A DNA stretch of 64,000 nucleotides from the NCBI GenBank assembly GCA_002269645.1, contig NIVC01000016.1, positions 372,001 through 436,000 on the forward strand, given 5' to 3'. Of this stretch, positions 46,395 through 59,474 are shown in pieces (positions within the stretch are counted from its first letter, which is position 1; each line of letters opens with the position of its first letter). Origin of the DNA: Macrostomum lignano (lineage: Eukaryota). The notes beneath the pieces were generated by a model. It made no database searches, had not been told where the DNA came from, and worked only from the letters and a program-made list of their open reading frames with translations. The translations under genes were made by a program, and so were the position numbers.

Positions 46395-49300
46395 ATTATG
46401 CCAGTTGAATGTGCGAATGCTGGCTTGTCACTGGTTCCAGCTGTCCAAACCGTTCCAGCATTCTGTTTCTGAGGCTGCTCCTGCCACTACGACTAAAAGT
46501 ACAACTAGTACTACCACTACTACTATTAATTCAAAGAAGATGAAGGTTGAGATTGACGGACAGCTGACTGGTACTTAAACGTTCATTTTTAAAGTTATCA
46601 CTTTTCGTCACTTTTATTCTTTAAAAGTTACTTTAAAATGATAGAAATTGCTATTCATGATGGTTTCGTTTTCAAATATGCATTTCGTTTCTCAGTCCCG
46701 AAAACCTGTCTTGAGAAATCGTTTCTCAGGCCTGGTTTTTAGGCCTGAGAACAAAGTTCACTTAAATCTTGACCTAAACTAGGACTTCCACGTGAAAAGA
46801 AGAGCCTGATTGACCGTTTGTCCGATGAACCCAAAACTGGGAGTTAAACATGAAGGACCACTGTATGACCGTTGATACCTATCGCAATGCACCATGCTTA
46901 TTGAGTCTGTTGCAATTTCGTTGATTGATCAGGTCATGTCACAATATAAAGTTCTACGCCTGGTATCAAAAGTCGAGTCCTGCGGACTCGTATTTGTCAG
47001 AGTCCGAAAACTATCGTTGTGTACGTCCCATTTTTGGTCAGGCGGACTCTGACGTTAGTCTGAGAACGGACTGGAAAGACCCTTGAAAGAATTCAGTCAG
47101 CAAGCAAGCAACAAGCAAAAATACATGCACACGGTGCCACAAATAAATGTCTTCGTTATCATCGTTGCTGCTTCTCTCAATGAACTGCGGTAGAGACAGT
47201 GGCAGAAAGGACAGTCGGAGAGGCCGAAGTGCTTCGGCGCTTCTGACGCTGCTTCTCTCTTTCCACAGCGTGCCGCAGCATGTTGATCACTTCAAGCTCG
47301 AATGCCTGTTTTTGCTGTAGAGGGTTGCTCGTGTCCTTAGGATCATAGAGGTAGGTGACCGCATCTGAAATTTTGAATTCAAGTTGTAGAACAGTGTAAA
47401 TTTAAATATCACTTATTGATTTAAATGCGCTGGACATTCTACTGTTACTGAGTAGTAGGCTTTGTTCGCTGTTCAGTCATGACCACAGATACTATAAACA
47501 CTAGATAGGCCACTCCAGCTTTCACAACATTCACAATTTTCACAACACGACAGTTTACTCTACTTTCTGCTTAGTAGTAGTAAAAACATTTTAGCGTTAT
47601 TTATATTTTCTAAAAATAAAAAAACAATGAATGCAATGCAGCAATTGTATTGATTTTATTTGCAAAAAGAAACATAATTTTACTTTCTACAATTCAAGGC
47701 AACATTGTGAATGCTTTAGATTGCATTGAAGGCTATATTATTGCAGTCAACTATTGTATATTTAGCAAATACGAGCTATATCATATACTCCATATTCGTG
47801 TAGCAAAATAGAAAGATTTCTCATCTTAATCAGCTCATCTGTTTGTGAAACTTTGGCAGCGTGCTGTCGAAGCACAGGGTCGCCAGTCGCCTTTGTCCAA
47901 AGGCAGCATTCAGCAAGGCCCAACAGATGAAAAAAACTGGCGAATGCGCCTCTTCAAGGTCCAGGGATGTATCCGATGGAGAGCCAATCCTCAGTGGTTT
48001 CGTAACAGGCAGCCGATAAGCAGCAGGACTTTTGTGGTGCAGCTGCAATGAGCTGTGACCAGAGCACCCCTGACTGCGAGCGCCCAGTCGACCGCTGGAA
48101 GCTGTGCTAGCCACGCCTCCACAGTCCATGGATGCACGACTGCGCTGCACTCGCTGCACCATCGAGAGTTGCTGCTGCAGCCGCTTGATTTGCCTGTCGC
48201 TTTCGGGATTGCCGCTGCCGCCGCTTGATTCGCCTGTCATTTTCGGGATCGTTGCTGCAGCCGCTTGATCGTTGCCTCTAGCGCTTGGAACCAGCGAATC
48301 GGCTGCAGAGGTGAGAGCTTTCAGCCGCAACAGCTGTTCTCGGCGCAGAATCTGGTAGCCGATTGCTCTGCCACAGCACTGGCAGCAGGCAAGTCACAGG
48401 CTCGGCTGCAGATAGATTGCTAATTTGCCCCAGCACTTGAGGGTACATGTCGTCTGCCTCTTCATCGTTTATCAGTCCTTTGCACAGATGGTAGCTGGTC
48501 TATTTGAACGCAGCATCAACTCTTGGTGTAGGATTGCGTCCCAGCGAAAACAGATGTCTTGCACATCCGTGGCACTTTGTAAGGCAGCAGTAGGCCTCGT
48601 CCATAAAGTGCAAGCTGAACACACGTAGGCCCCGTGATTTAATTGTTTATAAAGGTCAATATCCACGCTCCTGCAGTAGCTGCTGCCAGCGCTTCGCCAG
48701 TGTCATATTTTGGCAATTTATGCATTCGCAAAGGATTTTCTTTCTCGGATGTTAATAGCACTATAGTACAGAGCTCGTGCAAGTGGGAGCACAGCAGTGG
48801 TTCGAATCAAAACATTTCACGAGTAAGAGATTAGATAAGAAAGCTAGTATGCACTCGAACTTTCTTCAACTCTGACTCTTGTCCTGTTTATCTATATAAG
48901 CTTGTATTTAAGCACGATTCGCCACCCCCAAATTTTCTAACCCACAACCTCTCAACCCCCACCCCTAACCCAGGCTAGCTATGTGCAGTCCTTTATTTTC
49001 TATCCCACCACCAGTGGGCCTAAATTATCGATCCACTCACCCTGCCTTATACGAAACTGATATTAACCCTATTCCAGACTACCCCCTTCCTCCACTTTGA
49101 AAGATAGCGGCATTGTACACTGTCTGTCGCGTATTAATGTACACCATTACTTCACAAAACAAGTTAGTTGTTTATGGCGTTAGCAAAACGATGTCTCAAA
49201 AACAGTCACTTGATTTGTCTAATTTAGCAAATAATACTGTTGCTTCCTTTCATTGCTACTAAGCAGAAAGTAGAATAAAAAACTTGCCCAGAAAATTAGC

Positions 49301-49989
49301 CTGAGTGGCCTATCTAGTTTTTATAGTATCTGTGGTCATGACAATTTTTTAAAGCTTCTTTACACCTTGTTCATTATTGTGACGACTAATTTCACACATC
49401 GTCGTAGTTCTTATCTTTAAATCTGAAATTTAATTAAGATCTCAGTTATAACTGTCAATCAATTTATGCATTACCAGTTTAAACCTTTAACTCACCTTGA
49501 AAGACATCCATGGCATTACAGAAGCCAAAGTTGCTCGTCTGTCATCCTGCAGTCGGGATGGTGAATTTTGCAGTGTTGCAGCATTCCCCGGCCGCTAAAA
49601 TCAACGTCACAGAGCATCTCTGACGCGAGGCATTTTTCCAGCATCCGTTTGGTGTCTTGCAGAGTGGAACGGCGGCACCCCCGCAGATGCAGGACCTGGC
49701 AATGTTCTGTAAGAAAGAGATGTCATTTGTGTTTATCAAGTACGTTTAGTTCTCAAAATCCAGACCTTACATTGGGCAATTATAATGCTTTTGCTTCCTA
49801 TTACTGAAGTATTATGCCTATCCGCCCTTATTATATCTGCTATCTCTCCCCTCTCGATATCCATATACAACATAAAAAAATAACTTGCAACTTCTGCGAG
49901 TCATCAGTAATCGAGGGCATTGATGAGCACTATACGGTATGCCCCGCGATACCAGCATATTTGGGTTAGATGACGAGGCCTCCACAACG

Positions 49990-51078
49990 ATACATTTCCA
50001 ATTAATAAAAGAGGCGTTTGATGGCAGGTCCCGACTTTACTTACCAGGCCAGTGCATGCGGAGACCCGAGAAATGTTTTGGAAAACACTCGTCAAGCTTT
50101 CATTGACTTGATCACGCTGCAGCAACGTGAGCCAGGAACCGCCATCAAGGTTCAGCTACGCCTCGGGGTCTTGATGGTAGCCGCGCCGCAGAGAACACCG
50201 CCTGGTTTATCGCCAAGGTCCACTCTCTTATCCGGGGCGAGGAGAAGCACTACTTCTCTGGCGACATGCAGACAACCCCCACCCGGATAGAAAAGTACCT
50301 ACGCACTGGCAGTGGCTGGGTAATCAGGACCAGTCGGTGTGTCGATGTGTCGACCGCAAGTTATTATTTACTGCAGGGAGCGTCGTGCAAAAGGCCAACC
50401 AAGATTGAGTTTAAGGACTACATGCTGCCGAAAAACTCCCTGTTTGGAAAAACCATGGAGAATGTTTGCAAGCGAGTGGACTACCGCCTGGTTAACTCAA
50501 CAGGAAGTTGAAAAAGCCAGCCGAAGTTCTGCAAGCAGGTAATTTTCAGCGAGGATCTAGTTCTAGTGCACATGCTCAAGACGAAGGTTGTGCTCGACAA
50601 TCCAGTGTATACCGGCCAGTGCGTTCTGGACAACGGCAAGCTCATCATGTATGAGCTGTGGTACGGGCACTTGAAGTCTCTGGTGGAACAGAAGCCCGAT
50701 GCAACACTGCAACTATTAGTGGTGATGCGAACTCACTCTTTCTTCACCTCGAAAAACGCTGATGCACATGACTGGTTTCTGCCAGAACTATGCCGCAAGG
50801 GTCTGTTGGACACTTCCAACTACCCCAAAGCCCACCCGCTGTTTTCTAACAAGCGCAAGGCTAAACTGGGGCTAAACTCGTGCTTCAAGGACGAGAGTGA
50901 CGGCGCAGCCAACTTACAAGGGTGGATACCGCTGCGTCTGAAGCTCTACTCCTTCGCATCTTCAGCCGCCGGAAAGCGACGGGCCAAGGGTGTTTACCAA
51001 GCTGTGGTAAAGAACGCCATCTCGTACCAGGACTACAGGGAGACTCTTGACATGAGCTGTACACGGTCGCCACTGTGA
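49990..51078 (+). pseudogene. Polinton/Maverick-type family-B DNA polymerase remnant, internally deleted
   Basis: EKYLRTGSGWV, then KVVLDNPVYTGQCVLDNGKLIMYELWY, LDTSNYPKAHPLFS, FKDESDG, LRLKLYSF and AKGV. Confidence 0.7.
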
Positions 51079-52201
51079 AGCGCCCTCTCTCATGCTGGGA
51101 GGACAAGCACGCTTGGATCTCTGCCAGAGAGAGTTTTCCCTACGGTCACTACAGCCTGCTACATTTTACCGCTCTTGGCCATTAGATTAATTTATGAGTT
51201 GTATGATAATAAATTGTGATAATAATGTGGCGGCCCCCCAGTCCATGGACTGAACAGCCGTACGCAGCCTTCAGATGCGCCGCGCAATGGCTGCGGCTAA
51301 GCTGTCGGTTGCACATCTGCTGGGGCAGGTGTATTAATTATTATTATTATTATTGTTAAAATGATAATGACAAAATGTTTTATTTAGCTTCACATTTTCA
51401 TTTTCTCTGTAAATAGAGCATAGTACTTTATAGTGTAATGCTTTCTGTAAATATCGTACATGCTTGTGTAAACGTTGCAATAATATGTTTGTAAATCTTG
51501 GCATATTTTAAACAGAGTTAATTATTACTTACATAATATACGAGTACAAAGCTATAAAGAAAACAATCTATATTTATTGTTTCTTCGAAAAAACCTGTTT
51601 AATGCACGGCATCTGCACAAAAGCAGCAAAACTCTACACAAGGACAAAATAAAAATCCTTTTGAAATAAATTGACAGAGAAAACAACAGACAAATTGTGC
51701 ACACGGACACTCCGATTCGCCCAATTGCAGCAATTTTCTGCCCAAAATCAACCAAAGTTTGCATAAAATCTAACAAAAAACCATTTAAATGAACAGAATA
51801 TTTAGACAATCCTAGATAAAATTGCAAAAAATTCAACATTTTTTGCCCACAAAATGGGTTAAAACGCTGAATCCGCAAATCTGGACCGAGTGGGTGGTGA
51901 TTTTCGAAACTTTTTCTGACATGTAATGTTGGTTTGGTGCGCTGGTGTGATTTAATTGATCTACGGGTCTCAGTTCGTTTACTTGGAATTTCCAAGATAG
52001 AGTACGTTAGGTTGTAGGAGGGGTCGGATTTTCCATGTTTGCGAAGGGATTCTATTGGATGGCCGACAAAGGTTGACGACCGCCACCACTGGAAAAGGGT
52101 CCTTTATATAAATGAATCACTTGGGAACGAAATCCTACATACATTTTTAAATTAAATATTTTACTCCTTAATTAATAAAGAATTTTCAGGATTAGATTAA
52201 A

Positions 52202-52870
52202 ATGATTAAATGTGTGATTTGCTTGAATACCAGCACAGATCCGAGGGCATTTCCTTGTTTACATACATTCTGCGCTCAGTGCATCAATGGCTGGGCACGA
52301 ATCCAACAACTGATTATTCCTTGCCCAATGTACAGAAAGCGTTATCAATTATTATCTGATCCCGTGGCACTGCCTAAAAAAATACTTTGAACAGCTTATG
52401 TCAGTACATCTCTTTCGGCTCGCATCTATCAATGCCATCCAGATCGGAACAGACTGACGCTGAATCATTCGCTAAAATTTACAGTGGAACTATTAGGGTG
52501 ACTGAGGCTGTCTCCCCTAAACAGCTCTATTGCATCCTACCAGGCGCGATATCTCCACAGCTCTGACCTAGAGAAATCTCAAGTATGCTTAGCCTAGCAG
52601 ATTCTTGCGACTTCCCTGTCAGTTAGATTTATGTTGACCGCTTTTCGCGTGCATCGTTCCATAATGCAGATCGATATTATTGCATGAGAACTCTGAGTTT
52701 AAATAATTATACCAAGACGGCTACAGTGCTACTAGTCGATTTCGGATGGGTTGACTATTCCAAACCACTATCTGAGATTTATCGACCATGAGCCCTATGC
52801 TGGTATCAATAATAAATGCTCCGGAACGTGCAATCCGCTGCAATTTTCGTGGCATTGCCACCTGCCCACC
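52202..52870 (+). pseudogene. RING-HC plus extended Tudor domain pseudogene (RNF17/TDRD-like architecture)
   Basis: CVIC..PCLHTFCAQC..CPMY RING, IRVTEAVSPKQLYCI extended-Tudor strand, and ASFHNADRYY..ATVLLVDFGW Tudor core. Several stops and no introns seen. Confidence 0.55.
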
Positions 52871-53489
52871 GTGGACAGCAGCTTAAGCTACCCGTCTTCT
52901 AAGACACTTTGCTTTATCACCCGAGCTTTACCGTGTCGACACAGGCAGTTGACTAGCTCGCGCAGAAGTTTATACGCCACCCACTACCATATTTCTAGAT
53001 CGCTACCGCATCGAAATTTTTCGCTATGGTAGCAACAATGTTCCAGTCACCAAGCGCATAATTGCTGCGGGTATTGTGAAACGGGGTGAGATCTGATGCC
53101 CCATGTGCATCTCGAGAGTCAAGAGAAACTCTGATAACGCGCTAAAGTACGTGTAATGATCCGCTAGCTTAGTGTTAAGCGTCGCACTACGTCAGAAGTT
53201 CCCTCGCACTGAGTTGCTGTCTGCCGCTGGTCGGCTTCCCGTTCCCCCCTTTTGTCTGTCTGCTGCCCTTTTCCCTGGCGCTGTTCGTTTCCTGCCCCTC
53301 TGTTCTCAGTAGTATACTGTCTCTCTGCAGTATACTGTCTCTGTTTCGCTCCTTTCCCGGTTTCCCTGTCATGTGAGCAAGTCACATGACAGTTGTGTTC
53401 TTGGAGTCCTAAAGTGCAGTCAACATGTTTACTGGTCCTGTTCACAGGAGAATCACGTGCTTCGGGGCCCTTGCCTTCTTTAAGGTAAA

Positions 53490-53720
53490 GGGTGACTCAC
53501 GTTTCTAAAAATGAATACTGAGTCATGCGGCCCTGTGCACTTTGCCCGCAGACCCTGCCTTCTCTAAGGCGGAGGGTGACGTCAGTTCTAAAAATAGACA
53601 CTGAGTCACAGCTTGGCGCACTCTTCCCGAAGACATTAAGTGACGTCAGTTCTAAAAATAGAACAAGTCACGAGGTCTTGTGCGCTCTTGGGCAAGAGGA
53701 GAATCCCGCGCTATAAATAG
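53490..53720 (+). promoter_or_regulatory. LTR-U3-like promoter: triplicated unit with AP-1/CRE sites upstream of a TATA box
   Basis: TGACTCA 53493, TGAGTCA 53519 and 53602, TGACGTCA 53577 and 53641, TATAAA 53712. Each unit shares ttctaaaaat. Confidence 0.45.
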
Positions 53721-54669
53721 GATCCCCTCCCCCTTGTTTCCGTCAAGGAGTTTCTAGTTCTAAGTTTCTGCTCCGAGTTTTCCGAGACTTAGTCTTCTGC
53801 GAGTCTGAGATTGAACGACCGGTCTCTGTCTGCGTACATTGAGTTCTCTGCTATTGGTCTGACTGAGACCCTCTAAAGCCAACCCGAGCCTACGAGAGGC
53901 TAACACAGCCCTCCCATCAACCAACCAAGCCCCGCAGGTACTGCTGACGAGACGTACTGTACGTTGAGCTGCAAATCTGCACATTGTGCTGAGTTAGTTG
54001 ACTTCGTTATTTCGTTCCGACGGGAAGCTCACCTCACCGAAGGCCGAGACTGAAGGGACTGGTGGCAGCACTACCTACGCTACTAAGAGCTAAGAAGGCT
54101 TCCGACAGAAGAGGTTCGAGACTTAAGGTAAAGCTTAAGTGCCTAAACCGGGAAGCAAAGGCGAACTACTTCATACGAGTAACTTCGCAATTTACTTGCA
54201 TAGCTCATTTTTATATTATAGCGCTTTATTTCCTCTCTTTATCTGCTGCTTAGTACAGAATGTACTAAGATGTACTAAGAATGTACCTCATTGAAATTCA
54301 CAGCTTCGACTTTGATGCTATGAATTCAAGCAGTTTAAATCTGTGTGCCTATCTGAGTGGCTAAGTTGATCAGTCTTTGATAAATCTGAAGTGCCAAAAC
54401 TGTCGCGGTTTTTTGCCTTCCTCAGGTACTCTTGCTCTCGATGCAGTGCTTTTTTGAAGGATTGACGGCGGATTGCACAGATTTGATCGTTCATCGAGAT
54501 CGAGGTGGCTTGCGAACACCATCTGTTCCTCTATTGCGTCTACTTCAACAAAAGTAGAGTTCAGTTTTTAATAATTTCCTAAATTTGACATGCTTTTCTT
54601 CAGTTGATTTCTTGTAAGAAATCAATAGTACCGTTTGCAAGGTTTATATTATTATTGAAATGATTTTGT

Positions 54670-55020
54670 CTATTACATAATACTTTAGGACGCACTCGGA
54701 AGCACTTGGTGTCATCCCAACATCTTTTACGTGTGACGGAACGTAGCATAATATTAAGGCTATTGAAATTCTCAGCGTCGAAATAAGTTCTTAGGACAAT
54801 GTTAAAGCCTCGTTTCCGTATCCATGTGACCCAAGCATCAGAGTGTCAATCTTTCTTGACGTGTCGCACATGCTGAAACTAGTGCGAAATCAATGGCAGT
54901 CCTTAGGTACGTTAGTCTGGCCGAATCGTGGCAAAGTAGAATGGAAATTTGTGGCTCAGTTGCAAAAAGTACAAGAGACTTATATGCTCTAAGACTCGGA
55001 AATAAGTTAAACAAACATCA
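54670..55020 (+). pseudogene. P-element-superfamily transposase remnant (middle region)
   Basis: TSFTCDG, IFLDVSHMLKLVRN, GKVEWKFVAQLQKVQE and LRLGNKLNKH, with stops and a frameshift. Confidence 0.75.
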
Positions 55021-56885
55021 AATTAGCGACTGGTCAGTTATAAGTCGAGAGGAGCCTTGAGAATCGATAATCGGTCCGACTGGCTTGACCTTTTCGAAGA
55101 AGGGCTCAATATTCCTGAAAACGTTGAGACGCCGACGGGTCGCAAAATTGTACCATTAAAAAGACCGGGTTTCTAGGCTTCATTACGAATTTTTGCGCAA
55201 TGGTGTCTCCCCGAATACTTATTTTCGACTTAATTAAGCTTGAAAATCTATTTTTATACTTTGAATTATTCCGCGAATCCATTGCCGTGCTACCGCGTAA
55301 TCGTAACTTGATATTTATTTTACCATGCGAATGTGTACCTACTGACGCGAGTTTCATATTGCTTAAATTTTTTTTGTCGTTGCCTACACTATTTCCTTTA
55401 GGAGGGGGGAGTGTAATGTGAGCATTGTACATGAATTACCTTTTTTAGCCAGTACAACAGATGGCCCAGCAGTCAACACAAGCCTCTGCCCAGTCAACAT
55501 CCAGAGGTCAACTTTGCAAACGCCCATCCAAATGGCAAGAACATATTCGTTATGCAAAACTGCATGTTCAACCAATGCAGTATTTGAGAATTCATGTGCA
55601 ACTAACTAACTAACAAGTTGAAATATTTCAAGAGACTCTAGCCTTCTTGAAATTTGACTGTATTTCCTAGTGTTTCTTGTCACCTTTTTCTCACTGTACA
55701 TTGTTGTATTGTATTGCATTGTTACTGTGTCGTATGCAGTTTTTCTAAATTAATTGTGAACATTATCCGAAAGTCATGGCTATTATCCAGAACTTAAGGA
55801 TATCATCCAGAAGTGACGCTAGAACCAAAGGCTATAGAGTGAAATCAAATTTGCGATAGTTTTTACCATAGGCGAAATATTATCTAAAAGCACTGACTGG
55901 CGACAATGGCTGCTGTATTACCCTTATACACACCCTCACAACTCTTTGGATGCATTTAGAATGGGATGTTAAAAACGCCTCCCGTTTTACACGAGGTGAA
56001 GCCATTTGTTAAGTGCCTCGCTTTGCCAAGACACCGACGAATTAACTATTATACCGCTAGTCAATCCGTATGGTTGTGAGGTGAAATTTCGCACACCTTA
56101 ACATCCTGCGTACCACCCCAAGACTGCAGCTGTAAATATCAAAATAATGTAATGTGATTTCTTACACCTAAAATTTTAGTGTATTCAATCATAAGACGGA
56201 CACTAAAAGTTTTCAAGTTTTGTGGTATAGCCACCCCTAAGACTTCACTTTAAATTTGAGCAACGCCCATAAGAACTTATTATTTTTTTAACTTAGACTC
56301 TTATTGCTAGTTCTTAACTTTTTACAATTTCCGTCTGCTGCACAGGCGACCGCTAACAGTCCGGCTACTTCACATTCTGTTTAATAAAATATCTCTATTT
56401 TATTAGCCAGGACTATAAGGACGGGACTGTGGAGTTGTAATCTGCAATTTAATGTGGTTTAACAATGGGGGGCACGTAAACGATGCGAAGTAGAATATTT
56501 TAAGTCACTGTCAAAATCGATAGGCTGTTTTTCAAAATTTAGCAGTTAATTTGGCGAAGGGTTGAAAATAATCATTCAATCTGAAGTAGGGTGTATACAT
56601 TTTGACTATAGTACTCGTAGTAGCTAACTTAGCGTTTAGTTTTCCCAACCAATCACAAAATTCCCCGCTTAAATTTGTTTAAATATCTAATTTTTGTTTG
56701 AATTTTTCTTTGTTTAAAATCTTACCTTTTGTTTGAATGCTGCCCCCTTCCCCAAAAAATAGTATAAAAGGAGGCAAGTTGGCCCGAAATAAAAAGTAAC
56801 CTGCTTAACCGTTCTTTATCGTCGGGAAACTCTTAGTAAAACAAGCTTGAAGTTTGGTTAAGACTTTTCTCGTCATTTCTTTCTA

Positions 56886-57095
56886 AATAGGGAGAACTCG
56901 AGGTCGTGGAGACCCAGAGCTAGGAGTCTGAATAGGGAGAACTCGAGGTCGTGGAGACCCAGAACTAGGAATCTGAATAGGGAAAACCTGAGGTCGTGGA
57001 GACCCAGAGCTAGGAATCTGAATAGGGAGAACTTGAGGTCGTGGAGACCTAGAGTTAGGAGTCTGAATAAGGAGAACTCGAGGTCATGCAGACCC
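56886..57095. repeat. 45-bp tandem repeat (4.6 copies) in a probable LTR
   Basis: Units start at 56886, 56931, 56976, 57021 and 57066. TATA-like agtataaaagg lies at ~56762. A possible LTR end ...ggtaCA at 57390 is followed by PBS-like TGGTGGCATAGTGGAAT. Confidence 0.75.
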
Positions 57096-59474
57096 TAAGA
57101 AAGCCGTACAGGCTAGCAATAGACATTAAGCGCTAGGTATTAGGGGATTAGATAGTTACCGCTGGACACCCTTGATCCTCGGAAAACGCCAGAATTTCGG
57201 ACATAATTAGGGAATTAGGCAGTGTCTTACCGCTCGGGCACTAAACGCTATCACGAGGCTATTAAGAAAACCGCGTGAATTAGATATTTCTAAGAAAGTA
57301 GCACAGTCTGAGGCAGCCAACGCTACTAAAAGTAGGCAGCTTGGTAACAAATCGGTGAAATTTTAGTTATGAACGATTAAGACTGGTACAAACTGGTGGC
57401 ATAGTGGAATAGCTAACAGAGGGACATAACCGCTAGTACAAATCGTAAACTTAAGACAGGTAAATCAGACCGTTCGTTGTAAGACTTCGGTGTGGTCATT
57501 CAAATTTCTTAAAATCTACAAGCGTATGTAATCAGTTTTGTATTCATTAGTTTATGGGTTGATTAAATGAAGAATTAACTGCAGGATTTATTACTAATTA
57601 TTTCATTTTTTACTTGCTCAGAAGTAAAGTATGCTAAAATTTCCCTTTGTCTCCACAAACCTTGTTTTCTTTCGTTTCCTCTTCGCTGTTTGGCTCTGTA
57701 AAGATGTTATTAGTATATTTAATTCGATCACCAATATATCGGCCTTTGTTACGAGCTATATTTAAAGTCTTGCTCGTAAATGCCACTATTTTTTCAGAAT
57801 ACATTTATCGGTCTCGTAGTGCACACTTTTGATTTAATTGACATTACCATATAATTACATATACCAATTAAAATTGCGATATCCTTTAAACTGATTTTTT
57901 GAAATAGTACTGAAAGTATTCTTAGCCAAATAATAATTAAGTACTAGTAATTGTTTTGTACAGTAGTTAGAATTTTAGTAGCATTCATACTAAGCCTTAA
58001 CTTAATGATTGCCTTATCATAATGGCCTGAAAAAAAGCAATATATTGTTCGTTAAATAAATCGCACAAATTACGTATCCTCTATTCATAAATTCAATTCA
58101 ATTTTATTCTTTATTAAAGTTGCTTAAATATATTGCCTTGCCTTACTATACTTATATTATACAAATTATTGCCTAAATTTTGTTAACAATTGTCTGCCAT
58201 ATTTATTAAAAACACTATAAATGCGAGCAAATATACGATGAGGAAGAGCAACTGCCCTGTTCTAGCAATTGCTATTAGGCCTCAGCGCCGATCAGTCTAA
58301 AATAGCAACTGAGTCAGCCTTGTTCATTTAGAGACGTGCAGTCTCCTCCCTCTCTCTCCCTTTCCCTCTCCTAAGAATGTACAGTTCCTCCCTTCCCCCA
58401 GGCGACTTGTTCGTACCTTCCCTCCCCCAGCTGAACAGGCGTGCTGCCTTCCCCTTATCCCCAGACCTATCTAACCTGGTGTTCTGTCAACTCCTCCATC
58501 CAGACTCACTGTCTGCCCAGGTCTTTTCCTATTCCTAAATCCTCCCTTAATATTAGGCCTCCCGCCTTCCTACCCCATTAAGCTCCTTGCCTATTTAACC
58601 CTTTCCCAACTATTAGGCTCCCTGCCCCCTTATCCAATTCCCTATTAAGCGCCCTACCCTCTTGACAGCATTCCCTATTAGTTATTAAAATTTCCCATTA
58701 GTTTTCCGTTTCTCCAGGCAACTCTGATCCACCGTGCAGCCCTTCTTCCCCTTCCCCCGGACTGACTTTAGCCACAATTAGACAGTGTCTTGCCGCTCGG
58801 ACACTCAGGTTACCAGGAGTATCCTCAGGCTTACTCCTTAAAGTAGGACTATTTGAACATTTCTCCCCAAATCCCAAGAAATCCCTAAATTCCCGAGTAA
58901 GGTTGATCCACTAGACCCAATTAACCCCACAACGAAATCAGCAGAACCCACGTGACAAATTGGTGACTAAGCGGTAGAACTAAGCGGTGACTAAGTTTAA
59001 GGATTGTAGCAACCTGAAGATTATTGTTGTCGGTAGGAACTCTGCTGCGCACAATTTGGTTGTATATGCTGGATTTGAAAGAGTCAATAGTGGAGACCAC
59101 TCATCTGCAGAGGCGCCGCTACAGAGCGACAAATAGCGACTAGTTTTCTTATGTCGCTCTTGGCAGTTTAACGGGCGGAAAATGGCTTTGTATTCCTACA
59201 GTTAATTACTGTAATTTATCATCATACACAATATGAATACCGTACGGACAATACTAACTATAGAATTAGCTTTACTGTACCTAAAGTTTCTAGAAATTTC
59301 CAGAAAGCCAAAATAAAGTATACATATACAGTAGCTAGGTCAGCATTTTCTCCAAGCCTCTCCTACACTCCAAGCAACTCAAGTGCCAACACAAGAAACA
59401 AATCGAAGGCGAACCATCGCCTGGCTCTTATTCATTTCACACGAAACCCTCTACAACTGCGCCGGTGAGTCGTC

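Noticed and set aside
47830-48666. GC-rich minus-strand ORFs as a gene
   Set aside because: Broken by stops, with no recognisable domain or consistent splice sites.
58270-58975. Pyrimidine-rich segment ending gtgaCA-aat-TGGTGAC as the LTR of the 59.5-kb Gypsy
   Set aside because: The end and PBS are plausible, but there is no second LTR or clear 5' TG boundary in the window.
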